From NCBI RefSeq assembly GCF_009914755.1, contig NC_060948.1: a DNA stretch of 64,000 nucleotides; one strand, given 5' to 3'. Source of the DNA: the human T2T-CHM13v2.0 reference genome, Homo sapiens. This document shows, one piece after another, positions 17,192-29,520 of this stretch. Below the pieces are notes generated by a model. That model was not told the DNA's origin. It saw only the letters and a list, made by a program, of their open reading frames with translations, and ran no database searches. Within the stretch, counting starts at the first letter, position 1, and each line of letters starts with the position of its first letter. The position numbers and the translations under genes were made by a program.

Positions 17192-18579
17192 AGAATGTTA
17201 CTTTCTAACAGACACAGAAGCCCCAAGTTTATCTTGGAACCCCAAGAGGAGAGAAAATCCATCCAACTCAGATATTTGTTGGCCCAAATCCATGGCTTAA
17301 AAAAATCTTATGTGGGATTCCTTCTGTGGAACAAAGTTCCATCAAAGCCAATTTAAAACTCATGTAAAAAAATAATTATTCCTGCTGCAGTGGAATATAA
17401 ATAATCTGGCCTGTATATAAATAATCTAGCCAAGTATATAATACAAGTATTTAATATACTTGTGTACAAATAATCTGGCCAAGTATATAATTTAAAGCAA
17501 ACCAGCCCTACCATAATTTGTCTTTAGGGAAAACGGAAACGGAGAGAGAAAAATTGTGTTTCGGAAAACTATAGTACACCTGTTAGATTCTAAACTTGCC
17601 TACTGTTTTTCAGTTTTTATTATCTCTGCAGTTCGGGCTGAATTCTAGTTTTTTCTTGGCTACAAGTCTTCAAAATACTGTTTCTAATTTTTTTCTGCTT
17701 TTCCTCCGTTTTTTTTCCCCATTTTTTTGAATTCAGAGTCACTGAAAACTAAGCTGCGCTTTCCTAAAGTCCTGCGAACTGAAGCCAGACAACTTAAACC
17801 TCAGAAGAAAATAACAGCAACCTATTTATATACATAAGCCACTTTCATACCTGCCTACTGTTGTATAGACTTCAGAGTAATGTGGCCTGTATCGATTTTC
17901 CAGGAGTATTCTTTTGTGTGTTGTTTTTTCTCAATTCCTCCTATTTTCTCTTTACAGGATGTGAGACTTCACAACCTGCTAAAAATGAGCTTTCAGGACC
18001 TACCCATATAGGAATAAACCATCCTAGCCATGAGAGATCAGATGAAACCTGAGACCAGAGAGACTCATTTGTTTCAAAATAGTTTCTCCAAAAGATTTTA
18101 TAAAAGAAAAGGCTGGGGGGAGTGGGATATGAAAGGAAAATGAATCTTGGGGCCCCCAAATCACTAAGCTCAAGGGATAAGTCAAGTTAGAAACTGTTCA
18201 GGGCCAACTTACCTTGCATTCTATTCAAATTCACCCCTCTGCTCACTTAGATGCATATCTGATTGTAATCAGAAACTCAAAAGAATGCAGCAGTTTGTCT
18301 CTCACCTATCTATGACCTGGAAGCCCCCTTCCCCGTTTGAGTCTTCCTGCCTTTGCTTCACTTTATCCCTGCCTTTCTAGACTGAACCAACATACTTCTT
18401 AGATATATTGATTGATGTCTCATGTCTCCCTAAAATGTATAAAACTAAGCTGGGCCCCAACCACCTTGGGCACATGTCGTTAGGACTTCCTGAGACTGTG
18501 TCACAAGTTTGTGTCCACAACTTTGACAAAATAAACTTTTTAAATTAACTGAGACCTGTCCTAAATTTTTAGGGTTCCA

Positions 18580-18813
18580 TCAGATATGCATTTCTCTCAC
18601 CTGAGCATCAGAGGGATGATTTCGAGTTCTCTGTGTTTTTTGTCCACAGGAATTTCCTTGTGGGCAAATTCTGAGGGAGGGATGTAGCTTTTTTATGTTT
18701 GGAGCTATTTTATTTAGAAATAAAATGGGAGGCAGGTTTGCCTGAGTCAGTTGCCTGCTTGACTTCCTTTGGCTTAGTCATTTTGGAGTCCTGAGATTTA
18801 TTTTCTTTTCACA
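18580..18813 (-). mobile_element. MER4A-like solo LTR, 5' part
   Basis: minus strand starts TGTGAAAAGAAAATAAATCTCAGGACTCCAAAATGACTAAGCC. Confidence 0.8.
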
Positions 18814-19036
18814 TACCTGTTTTATTTATGATGGTTTATGGTCATTGAACCTTGTAACATTGATTACATTTCTTTTCACTGGTCTTTTTTCTTAAGTAGA
18901 TAAACTTATTTTTAACTTGGGCACAAGAGAGCATAAAAATTATATGAGGTACATAGCCTGCTTAAATAGAATATTTAAAATACGTTTTGTCCACAGAGCT
19001 GGAATTCTTTGTAAATGAAAACCAAATTTTACTTAA

Positions 19037-19303
19037 TTTTTAGAGATAGGATCTTGGCTTTGTCGCCTAGGCTAGAGTGCTGTGGGGGCAATCATAGCCC
19101 ACTGCAACCTCGAATTCCTGGCTTAAGTGATCCTCCCATCTCAGCCTCCTGGGTGCTTGGACAACAGACATGACACCTTACCTGGCTAGTTAAAAAAAAT
19201 TTTTTTTGTAGAGATGGGCTTTGCCTGTGTGGCCCAGGCTGCTCTTGAACTCCTAGGTTCAAGTGATCCTCCAGCTTGGGCCTTCCGAAGTGCTGGGATT
19301 ACA
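19037..19303 (-). mobile_element. AluJ
   Basis: ATCATAGC/CCTCGAATTCCTGG AluJ-type positions. Confidence 0.85.
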
Positions 19304-20009
19304 TTGCTTCCAGCTTTAGTTTTTTAAATGTTTAACTTGTTTAACTTATTTAACTTGCTGTTTATTATTTAATGGAGAGCTTTTAGTGTTTGTCTTTTGA
19401 GGTGGGATCTTGCCATGCCCAGACTAGCCTTGAAGTCCTACAGTCAAGTGATCTTTGCATCTCAGTCTCCCAAGAAGTAGTGGTAGAGAATTTTTATGTT
19501 ACATTCCTTTCTCTGTGTATATGTTTGTGGGAGGACATATGTCCCTTTGTATGTTTGGGCATATATATTTTTTGTGTGAAAGTTATGCATGTTATTGTTG
19601 ATCAATACAAGAGGTTTAGAGGCCAGAGAAGAGAAATAAAATGGGAAAAACTACAAACATTCTACCTCCCATGATACCATGCTATAATGGCAATCATAAT
19701 ATTTATGTATTTTTTACTTTTTTGTGTTCATTTTTAAAAATTAGATAAAAATAGTTTAAGCTAGAGGCTTCTCTCTTTCATCTTTTTTTTTCTAATTTAA
19801 GTTTTCCCTAAGTAGGAATTTTGGTAATACTTCATTATATTGATGTATCAAGATTTCTTTAGTTTCTCCTTTGTTGTCTTTAGGTTGTCTACAATATTTT
19901 TTGTCATTGTGAATATGCTGTCATGAACATTTTGATGCTGATTATTACCAGATTAGTGTGTTGTGTCAAAGTTTTCATCAGTTGGATTATTTTTCAGTTT
20001 AGTAAGTGA

Positions 20010-20155
20010 TGCAAGCCAAAACTAAAACTCTAAGGCACCTTCTCCCCACCCAACCAGTCATCTGAGTAGACTTCCTCCTCAGCCAGGGCAGTCATAGCCC
20101 ACTGCAACCAGCCAGCCCCTTTCCATTCCAGTATCCCTTTCCCTTTAATAAAATT
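20010..20155 (+). mobile_element. Short MER4-group LTR fragment
   Basis: CCAAAACTAAAACTCTAAGGC...GACTTCCTCCTCAGCCAGGGCA resembles MER4D-type 5' ends. Confidence 0.5.
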
Positions 20156-20158
20156 TAA

Positions 20159-20455
20159 GGCCAAACATGGTGGTTCAATGCCTGTAATGCCAGCACTTTG
20201 GGAGGCTGAGGTGGGCGGATCATGAGGTCAGGAGATAAAGACCATTCTGGGAAACATGGTGAAACACTGTCTCTACTAAAAGTATAAAAATTAGCTGGAT
20301 GTGGTGGCATGTGGCTGTGGTCTCAGCTACTCGGGAGGCTGCTGAGGCAGGAGAATCGCTTGAACCTGGGGAGGCAGAGGTTGCAGTGAGCAGAGATCAT
20401 GCCACTACACTTTAGTCTGGTGACAGAATGAGACTCCATCTCAAAAAAAAAAAAA
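20159..20455 (+). mobile_element. AluS
   Basis: Alu consensus with poly-A. Confidence 0.9.
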
Positions 20456-20598
20456 TGATTTGTGAGATGAATTTGTTTTGAAAATATTAGCTTGTTTTCA
20501 GTTGTGATACATTTGAAGTTGGTACAGAGTCCATTTTCTTTTATGTGTTAATGTATTGACAATATAGTTGTGTTGACAACTTCTTTTCTTATTTCCAG

Positions 20599-20714
20599 TT
20601 CAGTCTTTACAGAAGCTGACGAGAGATTTCCTTGTATTTTATGGTGGTATGATTGGCCTTAGAGCACTTCAGTTTTGAGATCTCTGCTGTATTTGTATAC
20701 AAGTATTTTGGAAG
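20599..20714 (+). ncRNA. TTTY15: Alternative internal exon (116 nt) of TTTY15 or of the TTTY15-USP9Y read-through
   Basis: cttcttttcttatttccag|T acceptor, AAG|gtcagt donor, in unique sequence. Confidence 0.55.
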
Positions 20715-20978
20715 GTCAGTTGATAGGATGAATGAAAAACAAAAATTGGAAGTAATGGTACTAGTAATAAGTGGGGATTTTCATGTAGGTAAAGGAACTG
20801 ATAAGTCATAGGGAATCCGTGAGTTCTTAATCTTACTGAGTTTAGTTGTGTTCTTTGATTATTTTGGATAGCTTTGTTTAACGGTGAATGAAATGATTAA
20901 AATGGAAAAATTAAGTGCAGAAAATATGTTTAACATTATATAGGATGTCTTGTTTTAGGCATTTATTGCTAGATAACA

Positions 20979-21730
20979 TATGTCCATTCTTGTATTGCTA
21001 TAAAGAAATATTGGATACTGGCTAATTTATAAATAAAAGAGATTTATTGGCTCATGATTCTGCAGGCTGTACAGGAAATATGATTCTGGAATCCGCTTGG
21101 CTTCTGGAAAGGCCTCAGGAAACTTAGAATGATGACACAAGGCAGAGGGGAAGCAGGCACATCTTACATGGCAGGAGCAGGGAGCAAGAAAGAGTGAAGC
21201 GGGAGGTGCTACACACTTTTAATAATCCAGATCTGAGTCAGGCATAGCAGCTTATGCCTATAATCCCAGCACTTTTGGGAGGCCAAGGCAGGCAGATCAC
21301 CTGAGGGTCAGGAGTTCAAGGCCAGCCTGGCCAACATGGTGAAACCTCATGTCTACTAAAAGTACAAAAATTAGCTGGGTGTGGTTGCACCTGCTTATAA
21401 TCCCAGCTGCTCAGGAGGCTGAGGCAGGAGAATTGCTTGAACCCGGGAGGCAGATGTTTCAGTGAACCAAGATTGCACCACTGCACTCCAGCCTGGGTGA
21501 ACAGAGTAAGACTCTGCCTTAAAAGTAAAATAAAATTAAATTAAAATTAAAAACCAGATCTTGCAAGAACTCACTGTCAGAAGAACAGCACCAAGGGTAT
21601 GGTGCTGAACCATTCATGAAGGAGCCATCCTCAAGATCCAGTCATCTCATACCAGGTCCACCTCCATCTAATATTGGGAATTACAATTCATCATGAGGGT
21701 TGGTGGAGACATGGATCCAAGCCATGTCAC
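20979..21730 (-). mobile_element. MaLR LTR (MSTA-like) split by an Alu; older MLT1-like sequence follows to ~22220
   Basis: diagnostic GCTATAAAGAAATA...GGCTCATGATTCTGCAGGCTGTACAGGAA...GGCCTCAGGAAACTTA. Confidence 0.75.
21236..21552 (+). mobile_element. AluS inside the MaLR LTR
   Basis: Alu consensus; flanking CCAGATCT repeats. Confidence 0.88.
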
Positions 21731-22457
21731 ATATTATCCTGACTGTAGTGGTTTAAGATAACAATTTTTATCTCACAATTTATTTTGAATACAGGCATGA
21801 TTTAGCTGTGTCCTTTGGTTCAGTATCTCTTCAAAGCTGTAATCAGGTTTTTCATGTGTTTGTCATCAACTGAAAGATTGACTGAGTATGGTTCTGAGAT
21901 CTCTCAGGTGATTATTGGCAGAATTAAGTTCCTTTTCGATTCTTGGTCTTATTTCTTCACCCATCTACTATAGTGCATTCTTGCCATGCAGCCCTTTTTA
22001 TGGAGCAAGTCACAATACAGCAGCTTGCTTCATTAGGGCAAGCAAGCAAGACAAGCTGCAGCAAATGCAAGTAACATGGAAGTCTTTATAATCTAATCAT
22101 GGAATTGACATAGTTAAAAACAAATCATTAGGTAGGCTCCAAATTGATCAGAACATGGTTATTGGACAAAACCATGACTGTCAGGAGGCTGCATCATGGG
22201 GAGCCATTTTACAAGCAGCACCATGGGTGTTATGGGGGATTTTATTACATTTGTTCTGCTCTTAAGAGTTGAAAGTCTTTAAAAATGTGTAAGTCTGTCG
22301 TTTGTTCTTGACTTCTGTCATGTTTTCAAGAATGCATTATGCAATGATGTAGAATACTGTTTGTAAAGTAGTTGTCTAGACTCTAGTGAAAATAATTACA
22401 GATAATCTCAGTTCATCAACGAATCGGTATATTAATGTCATATTTAACAGTTATAGG

Positions 22458-22480
22458 AATAAACTAAGCATAATAATAAA
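22458..22480 (+). terminator. Tandem polyadenylation signals, probable TTTY15 3' end
   Basis: AATAAA at 22458-22463 and 22475-22480. Confidence 0.55.
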
Positions 22481-22521
22481 TGATGATTTGAATGTTATTA
22501 TAATTATTATAGTGTCTAAAG

Positions 22522-22748
22522 CAGTGCTTCTTGACTGGGGCTGATTTTGCCTTCTCATAGGGCATTCGGCAATATCGGGGGACATCTTTGGTTATGATGT
22601 GAGGGGATGGTGATTAGCATACACTGGTTGGCATCTAGTAGGTAGAGGCCAGGGATAGTGCTAAACATCATACAGTGCACAGAATTCTCCCACTTGCAAA
22701 GAGTTATCTGACCCAAAATGGTAACAGTGCCAAGGATGAGATACCCTG
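22522..22748. mobile_element. MER20 hAT-Charlie DNA transposon
   Basis: CAG...CTG ends; GGCATCTAGTAGGTAGAGGCCAGGGATAGTGCTAAACATC core. Confidence 0.85.
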
Positions 22749-25516
22749 GTCGGCAAGATTATTGTCATTTCTTTGTATAAGACTTCACGTCTGTTACTAG
22801 CCTTAAGCCCCATAGTTTGAGAATATACATATATTCTAACAATTATTCAGTATAATTGGTATAATGTACAATTTTTTAGTGTATATACATATACTAACCC
22901 ATAGTCCTTCTTGCTGCAGCTTACCAGGACCAAGCCAACAACACCTGTAATAATCTTAAAATGAGGGTCATTGTATGTGTGTGTGTATGTTCCTTGCCTG
23001 ATATAAAGGGTATTATTATCTGAGCCACATAAGTATCAGCTGTCTAAAAGTATATTGCTTTTATCGAGGATGATTTTAGTAATTGTAAGTACACGCTTAG
23101 TGCAGGAATTACGTTAGTGAAAAGAATCATGGGAGGCTTCTTTGGCTTCCTTTTAGCTACACAAAACAAGTAGTAGCTTCCTCAAGGAAGCTTTCTCTTC
23201 CAGTTACTCTCAAATATTGTTCACAACTATTTACTGTGTTGATTCCACTTGAATGAAGTTATTTTGACCTAGCTCTCCTCTACATGTTCATAATTACTTA
23301 ATATTCTTTCATCAGATAAAACTAGCCGCAATTGATGTGCATGCTCTGACCTTTTTTATTCCTTCTTATTAGTGTATGCTTAATGTTTGGCTTGCCTGGC
23401 CTGTGTTCTCTCATGTCTGACCTACAAGGCCCAGTTCATATGCCATCTTCATGAAATATTGCATCTTTATTTGGTAATGATGTACACTCTTTGAACTCTG
23501 CTTGCAATTTTTCATGAACCCAACACTTTCTACTTTATTTAATCTTTTGTGTTTTTGTCTTCTACTGGAACTTAAGTTTATGACTATTGGCATGGTCTCT
23601 GGCCCAGTAATAGTGATGCAGGATTTTCTTCATGGTCCCTTTGCCAGTTGGGGACCTCTGGAAATTGATGCTGGAGGCCTCACTTGGGACATGCTACCTG
23701 CCACAAGAGGTACCCCACCCCATATGCTTGCCCAGGTCCCATCTGGCTTGTGCACTGGTTCTCAAGTTCTTGTCCCGTGCCCAAGAAGAATGAGGATATG
23801 CTGACAATCAAGAGAGTGAGCAAAGCAGGGAGTTTTATTGAGTGATGAAACAGCTTTCAGTGGGGAGGGGACAAGGGGATGGTCCTCCTACACAAAGGCT
23901 GGAAAGTGTCCCTAATATGGCTGAGTCTGAGGCTTTTTATGGGCTCAGAATGGGAGGAGCAGACCCTAGGTAGTACTGGAAAAGAAAGAATTGATTGTGA
24001 AAGGGTGGGCAAACAGCTGGAGAAATTCCCATTCTTGGTCTCGAATTTCATCCAGGACCAGCATCTGGTCTTTTAGCCTTCAGGCCATTTTTGGCTTTAT
24101 GGGGTTTTACCAGGGACCTATCCCTATCTGCCTAGGCATTTGGCTGCCTCTTACTGCTGTAAGTTCCCTCCTCTGAAGAGGTACATCTGACTGCCCTTAG
24201 GTTAGGGATGAAGACCAGTCTTAACTGCTTCCTGCTGTTACGGGTGCTATTTTGGGAAAACGGCAGTCAGATCTTCCTCAGAGGCCTGCCTAAGGGTCCT
24301 CAGTAAAAGGGGCCATCGTCCAGGTGTCCTGTTGCATGACCGTTTGGAGTTTTATGCCCTGAAGATGAGAAGCGACAAACCTGGTTATTAGAAGTCACGT
24401 ATGAAAATGAAACGAGGGAAAGAACAGCTGAAAAATCTGGAGGCTGCTGACATGCCCAGATAACTGGTGGCTACTGGTATGCCTGTTAAGATTTGGGTGA
24501 ATGGGGCTTGGCTTTGGTTAGTTCCCTTGGTTTTATTTTCCCAAAGAAACCTCTGGGTTATCAGCACCCTGTTTACTCTTATCACCTGGCAGGATTTGCA
24601 GGTAATTACCCAGAATTAGAATATTTATCCAGATTTTTATATTATCCATCCCTTTTGTTTCTTCTGAAATGCAGCCAAAGATCACTGGTTGGTTCACAGG
24701 AATAAGCAAGGTTAGTTTAAAATGTAGGCTAAAACTTACAACAACTAATGAGATTAAAATTATGTAAGTTTTGAAATGTAATTTTTCATTTTCCAGTTCT
24801 CATATTTGTTAAAAACAAATCATGATAGGACTCTGAGTTCTTTGCAAAATAAAACTTTAGTTTTTTTCCTTGGCCTGCTTGTTTGTACAAAGGGTAGCAA
24901 GAATAATTATTTTTCACATAGGTGCTCTAAATTGTCTTTGATGGAACTCTGCTCCACAAGGAATCTTAGACAAGACCTTTTAAAGCTGAGCTCAGCCATG
25001 GGTTTGTACCCTCAAATATCTATGAGTTAGGTAAATTCCCTGTCTTCTTGCAGTCCCAGGATAACATCGGGCTCCTGGGCCTGGTGGTAAGTGACATTCT
25101 TTACTCACACAGGTTAGGAGCCGCATACTAGGACTGCATAGACAAGGTATGAGGCCATTTTTCCAGAAGGGGTTTTATTGGCACTGCAAGTCAAGCTTGA
25201 TTCCTTAAAAGGAAGCACACCCTTGCAGTCAAAGCATTGGTAAAACCACCAGTTTCTCCAGCTGTATCCTGTTGCAAAAGAAAATGGATTCTTACTTCAC
25301 GAATGCAGATAACTGTATTGCCATAAGTTAAGGATACTCATCAATAGTTTCCAAATTCTAGAGAAACCAGGCAGACAAATGTGCTACAAATTTTGTTTTC
25401 AGGAAGATACCTTACTCAATTGTTAAAAGTGTAGATATCTCAAAAGTTTTCTTGACTCTGAAAAACAAAAAAACAAGGATCCAAAATGTTTTAAGCAAAA
25501 AGTTAAAAAAATACCT

Positions 25517-25829
25517 GGATGGGCATGGTGGCTCATGCCTGTAATCCCAGCACTTTGGGAGGCCGACGGGGGTGGATCACGAGGTCAGGAGACTGAGACC
25601 ATCCTGGCTAACACGGTGAAACCCCATCTCTATTAAAAATACAAAAAATTAGCCCGGCATGGTGGCGGGCACCTGTAGTCCCAGATACTCGTGAGGCTGA
25701 GGCAGGAGAATGGTGTGAACCCAGGAGGCAGAGCTTGCAGTGAGCCGAGATTCCATGCCACTGCACTCCAGCCTGGGCGACAGAACGAGACTGTCTCAAA
25801 AAAGAAAAAACAAAACAAACAAAAAAAAA
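25517..25829 (+). mobile_element. AluY-like
   Basis: GAGACCATCCTGGCTAACACGGTG and GAGCTTGCAGTG diagnostic positions. Confidence 0.9.
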
Positions 25830-27102
25830 TATTCCTTCAGTTTTGTTCAGTCCATTCAGTTAACTCTTGCTCTGCTTGATATTCATGAACATTTCAGCTC
25901 TTCATGAGTCCTATACATTTTTCCTCTATTCTAGTGTCACAGTTTCCAGTGTCATCAGAAACTGGCATTTAAAAGCACCTGACAGAGTTCTATAGCTGAT
26001 GATAAGCCATCTTTTGAAGAGGATCAAGACAAGGCAATTGTCTGTGAATGACAAAATGACCCAATTACAAATACAATTGACAAAGAAATTAGGTTATTAG
26101 TGGTTTACAATAACTTAAAATCATAATGTTAATGATGATTGAAAACATATACTCAGACATTAGAATTTTAGAAATCCCACACAATTTTGGAACATACATT
26201 ATAATTTACTAACATATAACCTGAAGATTAAATATAATTTTTATTTTGCCAATCCCACAGAACTTCCCCATGGGCCCTCTGTAGCATCCAAAAGTTAGGG
26301 GTCAGAAGAGATAACCTTGAAACTGAAGTTTGATTTGGGGAAGCTTGTTAAATATGTTAGATATTTAAAACACTTAATATTATGAAGTAGAATTCCAGAT
26401 TATAATAAGTTATTTAGCCAAAATGATGACTCAAAAATTTTTAAAAAGGCAAAAACCTTTTTTCATTAAGAGAGAAGACTTAGCTTTCCAATCTACTCCT
26501 GTCTTAACTGCCTGTTTTTTGGAAGTTTATTCTCAAGGTGCAAACAAAAGTCTTTAATTATTCTTTCCTATTACATGAAAATCTTATTCAAGGGAGAGAA
26601 AGCCAAAATTCACCCTTGATTTAGTCTACGGTTAACATCAACCCCAACTTTTAAATGAAACCTTATAGATGATTCTCTCTGATCTTAGCCAGTTTGACCG
26701 TGAGGTGATAATCTTGTAAATCTTTCATAACCCTTTACAAATTTTGTTAAAGAGCAAATCAGTGCCTTAAGAAAACCTTGTTGTGTTTTTTATTTAAATG
26801 CTCAAATTAGAGACAAACCAAAAAAATACTTTTTGAATTTAGTCAACATGTTCACACAGAATTTATTTTATAAGATTAATTTTTACAAAACTAAAATAGA
26901 CAAAACCCATTTTATCTAATTTAAAATAAGGCTTCCACCCTCCTAAGGAAAAATTTACTTTGCCATGCCTTTTTATATTTTTTACTGCTAACACATTTTA
27001 CTTTTCTTACACACCTTTCGTATAAATCTATTTTCAATAGCTTCAGTTACATAAGGGTAATTCACAGCAATTTGTAATTTTAATGTAAAACCTGGTAAGC
27101 TC

Positions 27103-27390
27103 TTTGTTTGTTGTTTTGGAGACTGAATTTCACTCGTTGCCTAGTTTGTATGGCGCCGTCTTGGCTCACTGCAAACTCTGCCTCCCGGGTTCAAGCAATT
27201 CTGCCTCAGCCTCCAGGGTAGCTGAGATTACAGGCAGCTGCCACCATGCCTGGCTAATTTTTTCTATTTTCAGTAGAAATGGGGCTTCCCCATGTTAGCC
27301 AGCTGGTCTCGATCTCCTGACCTCAGGTGAGCCGCCCACCTCGGCCTCCCAAAGTGCTGAGATTACAGGTGTGAGCCACTGTGCCCAGCC
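27103..27390 (-). mobile_element. AluS
   Basis: TSD TAAGCTCTTT. Confidence 0.88.
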
Positions 27391-29204
27391 GGTTAAGCTC
27401 TTTTGATTATGTGCCAGGCACAGATAAAGTTTATGGCATAGCTAGGAGGAGCACTGTTAATTACATATGTCCCCAGGCCTGACCAAATTGTGAAACAGGC
27501 AAATCAAACAATTCTCAAAAGCCAAAGAAGCAGTTTATAACCTTGACATTTAGCAAACCTAGAATCTGACCTGCATAATTTAGACTATGTATTTACATTT
27601 TGAAAACAATTGTATTTTACCAATAATCTTTAAAACTTTTAATTTCTGAGAGATTAAAGTCGTGAACAAAAAAGGCATTATAGCTTTTTTCCTTCAAAAA
27701 TATTTCATCTAAGCACATATTTTTCTTTAAGCCAATTAATTAGACCTCTTTTTTATATAAACATAATACACATAACACATATATATAACTACACAAACCA
27801 CAAACAGAAGATCCAATATTTGCAAGATTTTTAATTTGCTCATCTCCTAATTCGATTACCACCTGGTGGAGCCTGTCCAAAAACAGAGCTAGGAAAACAT
27901 GGAGGTTTTAGGGCCTAATGAACAGGTATAGGTAGAAGCCAAAAGCAGATTTTTGAGAGGGATCTATTCACTTTTAATTTCTGGAGTTCCATGAGGAAAA
28001 CAGAGTTGTTTTTTTTTTCCTTCCCAAAATGGGGTCCATGTCACATTTTCTGTTTATTCCGAGCAGCCTCATGCTCTCAGAAGTTATCTCAGAGCCTATC
28101 ATGCATGCATTTAGAGTGGCACAACAAAATGAAGAAAAGTAATTCAGATGACTAAGAAGAAAAAAAAACTTTTTCCAGAAAGTTCCAAGAAGAGGAAGAA
28201 AAACATAGATGCCTTTTAAATATACCTATAGCTTGGTCCAGGCATGGTGGCTCACACCTGTAATTGCAGCAGTTTTGGGAGGCTGAGGTGGGTGGATCAT
28301 GAGGTCAATAATATATAGCTTGGTTATCCACTTTTAATTAAGCATAGCATTCCTTAAGAAAATAATTTAAAACCCCTTGTTACTCAACTTTAGCTATGCC
28401 AAGAGGCCAATATTTTTGGCTTTTGACCTTCACCAAAAATATAACCTCACAGGTGAAACCAACAAGCCTCAACTCAAAGTTATGACTTAATGAAGAGTGC
28501 ATGTGGTATTTTCAAAGAGGTGGTAAGCAGTTTTTACAAAACCTAGACTCTTTAAAGATAGCTCAGAGATAGGATGAGTTAAGAAAGGAAGCTAGAAGTC
28601 GTTCATGGAAGGGAAGAGAATCAGCAAATAGTAAAATTCACACACTAACCAGAAAGTACTTAGTCCCTATGCCAATATTGAACCAGGACCACTACTGTAA
28701 AATGGCAGACACCCAAAGAAAGTACTGCCACAGGTTTACAAGGTCAAGCTCCCAGGGGCTTAAAACAAGATGGAGACGAGCAAAATTTGTTACTGACCAC
28801 TTTGATGGCCTAGCTTGAACAGTGGGCTTATTGGGTCATAGGCCGTGCTCTATCCTAGGGTATTCTTACGACAGAACCATATAGAGAGACACATAAAGCA
28901 TATCAGATTGGCTATAGCTTAAGAGTAGTCTAATAAATCCTTTTTTCTATTAATTAAAACTACAGAGAGGATTTAAATAGTGATTTTTATAACTCATTCT
29001 ACCAGTTTACACAGGGAGAGCGAGGCCAGAAGTTTGGTAAGAAAAACGGTTTTTTGCTGATCTGTCATGTCAGGCTTTTGAGTTCCCTTCCCCCAAGTTG
29101 TGAAGACCTATATATCCTGAAGTCCTGTGAAAGGGAAGTAGGCAATGATACTGTAAAAGTTGTCCCTCCTCAAGATATTTACTCAGATTGGTGCTTGCTT
29201 CCCA

Positions 29205-29520
29205 GTTTTTTTTTGTTTGTTTTTTGTTTTGTTTTGTGTGAGACAGAGTCTTGATGTCACCCAGGCTGGAGTGCAGTGGCACAACGTCTGCTTACTGCAC
29301 CCTCCACCTCCCAGATTCAAGTGATTCTCCTGCCTCAGACTCCTGAGTAGCTGGGACTACAGGCATGTGTGCCACCACACCCAACTAATTTTTTGTATTT
29401 TTAGTAGAGATGGGGTTTCAGCGTGTTAGCTAGGGTGGTCTCGAACTTCTGACCTTGTGATCCACCTTACTTGGCCTCCCAAAGTGCTGGGATTATAGGC
29501 CTGAGCCACCATGCCCAGCC
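29205..29520 (-). mobile_element. AluS
   Basis: TSD CTTCCCAGTTT. Confidence 0.9.

Larger units (their letters stand above)
17958..22497 (+). ncRNA. TTTY15: Probable TTTY15 terminal exon (long form); boundaries approximate
   Basis: strong acceptor ttttctctttacag|G at 17958; twin AATAAA at 22458 and 22475; 3' end placed from recall. Confidence 0.5.
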
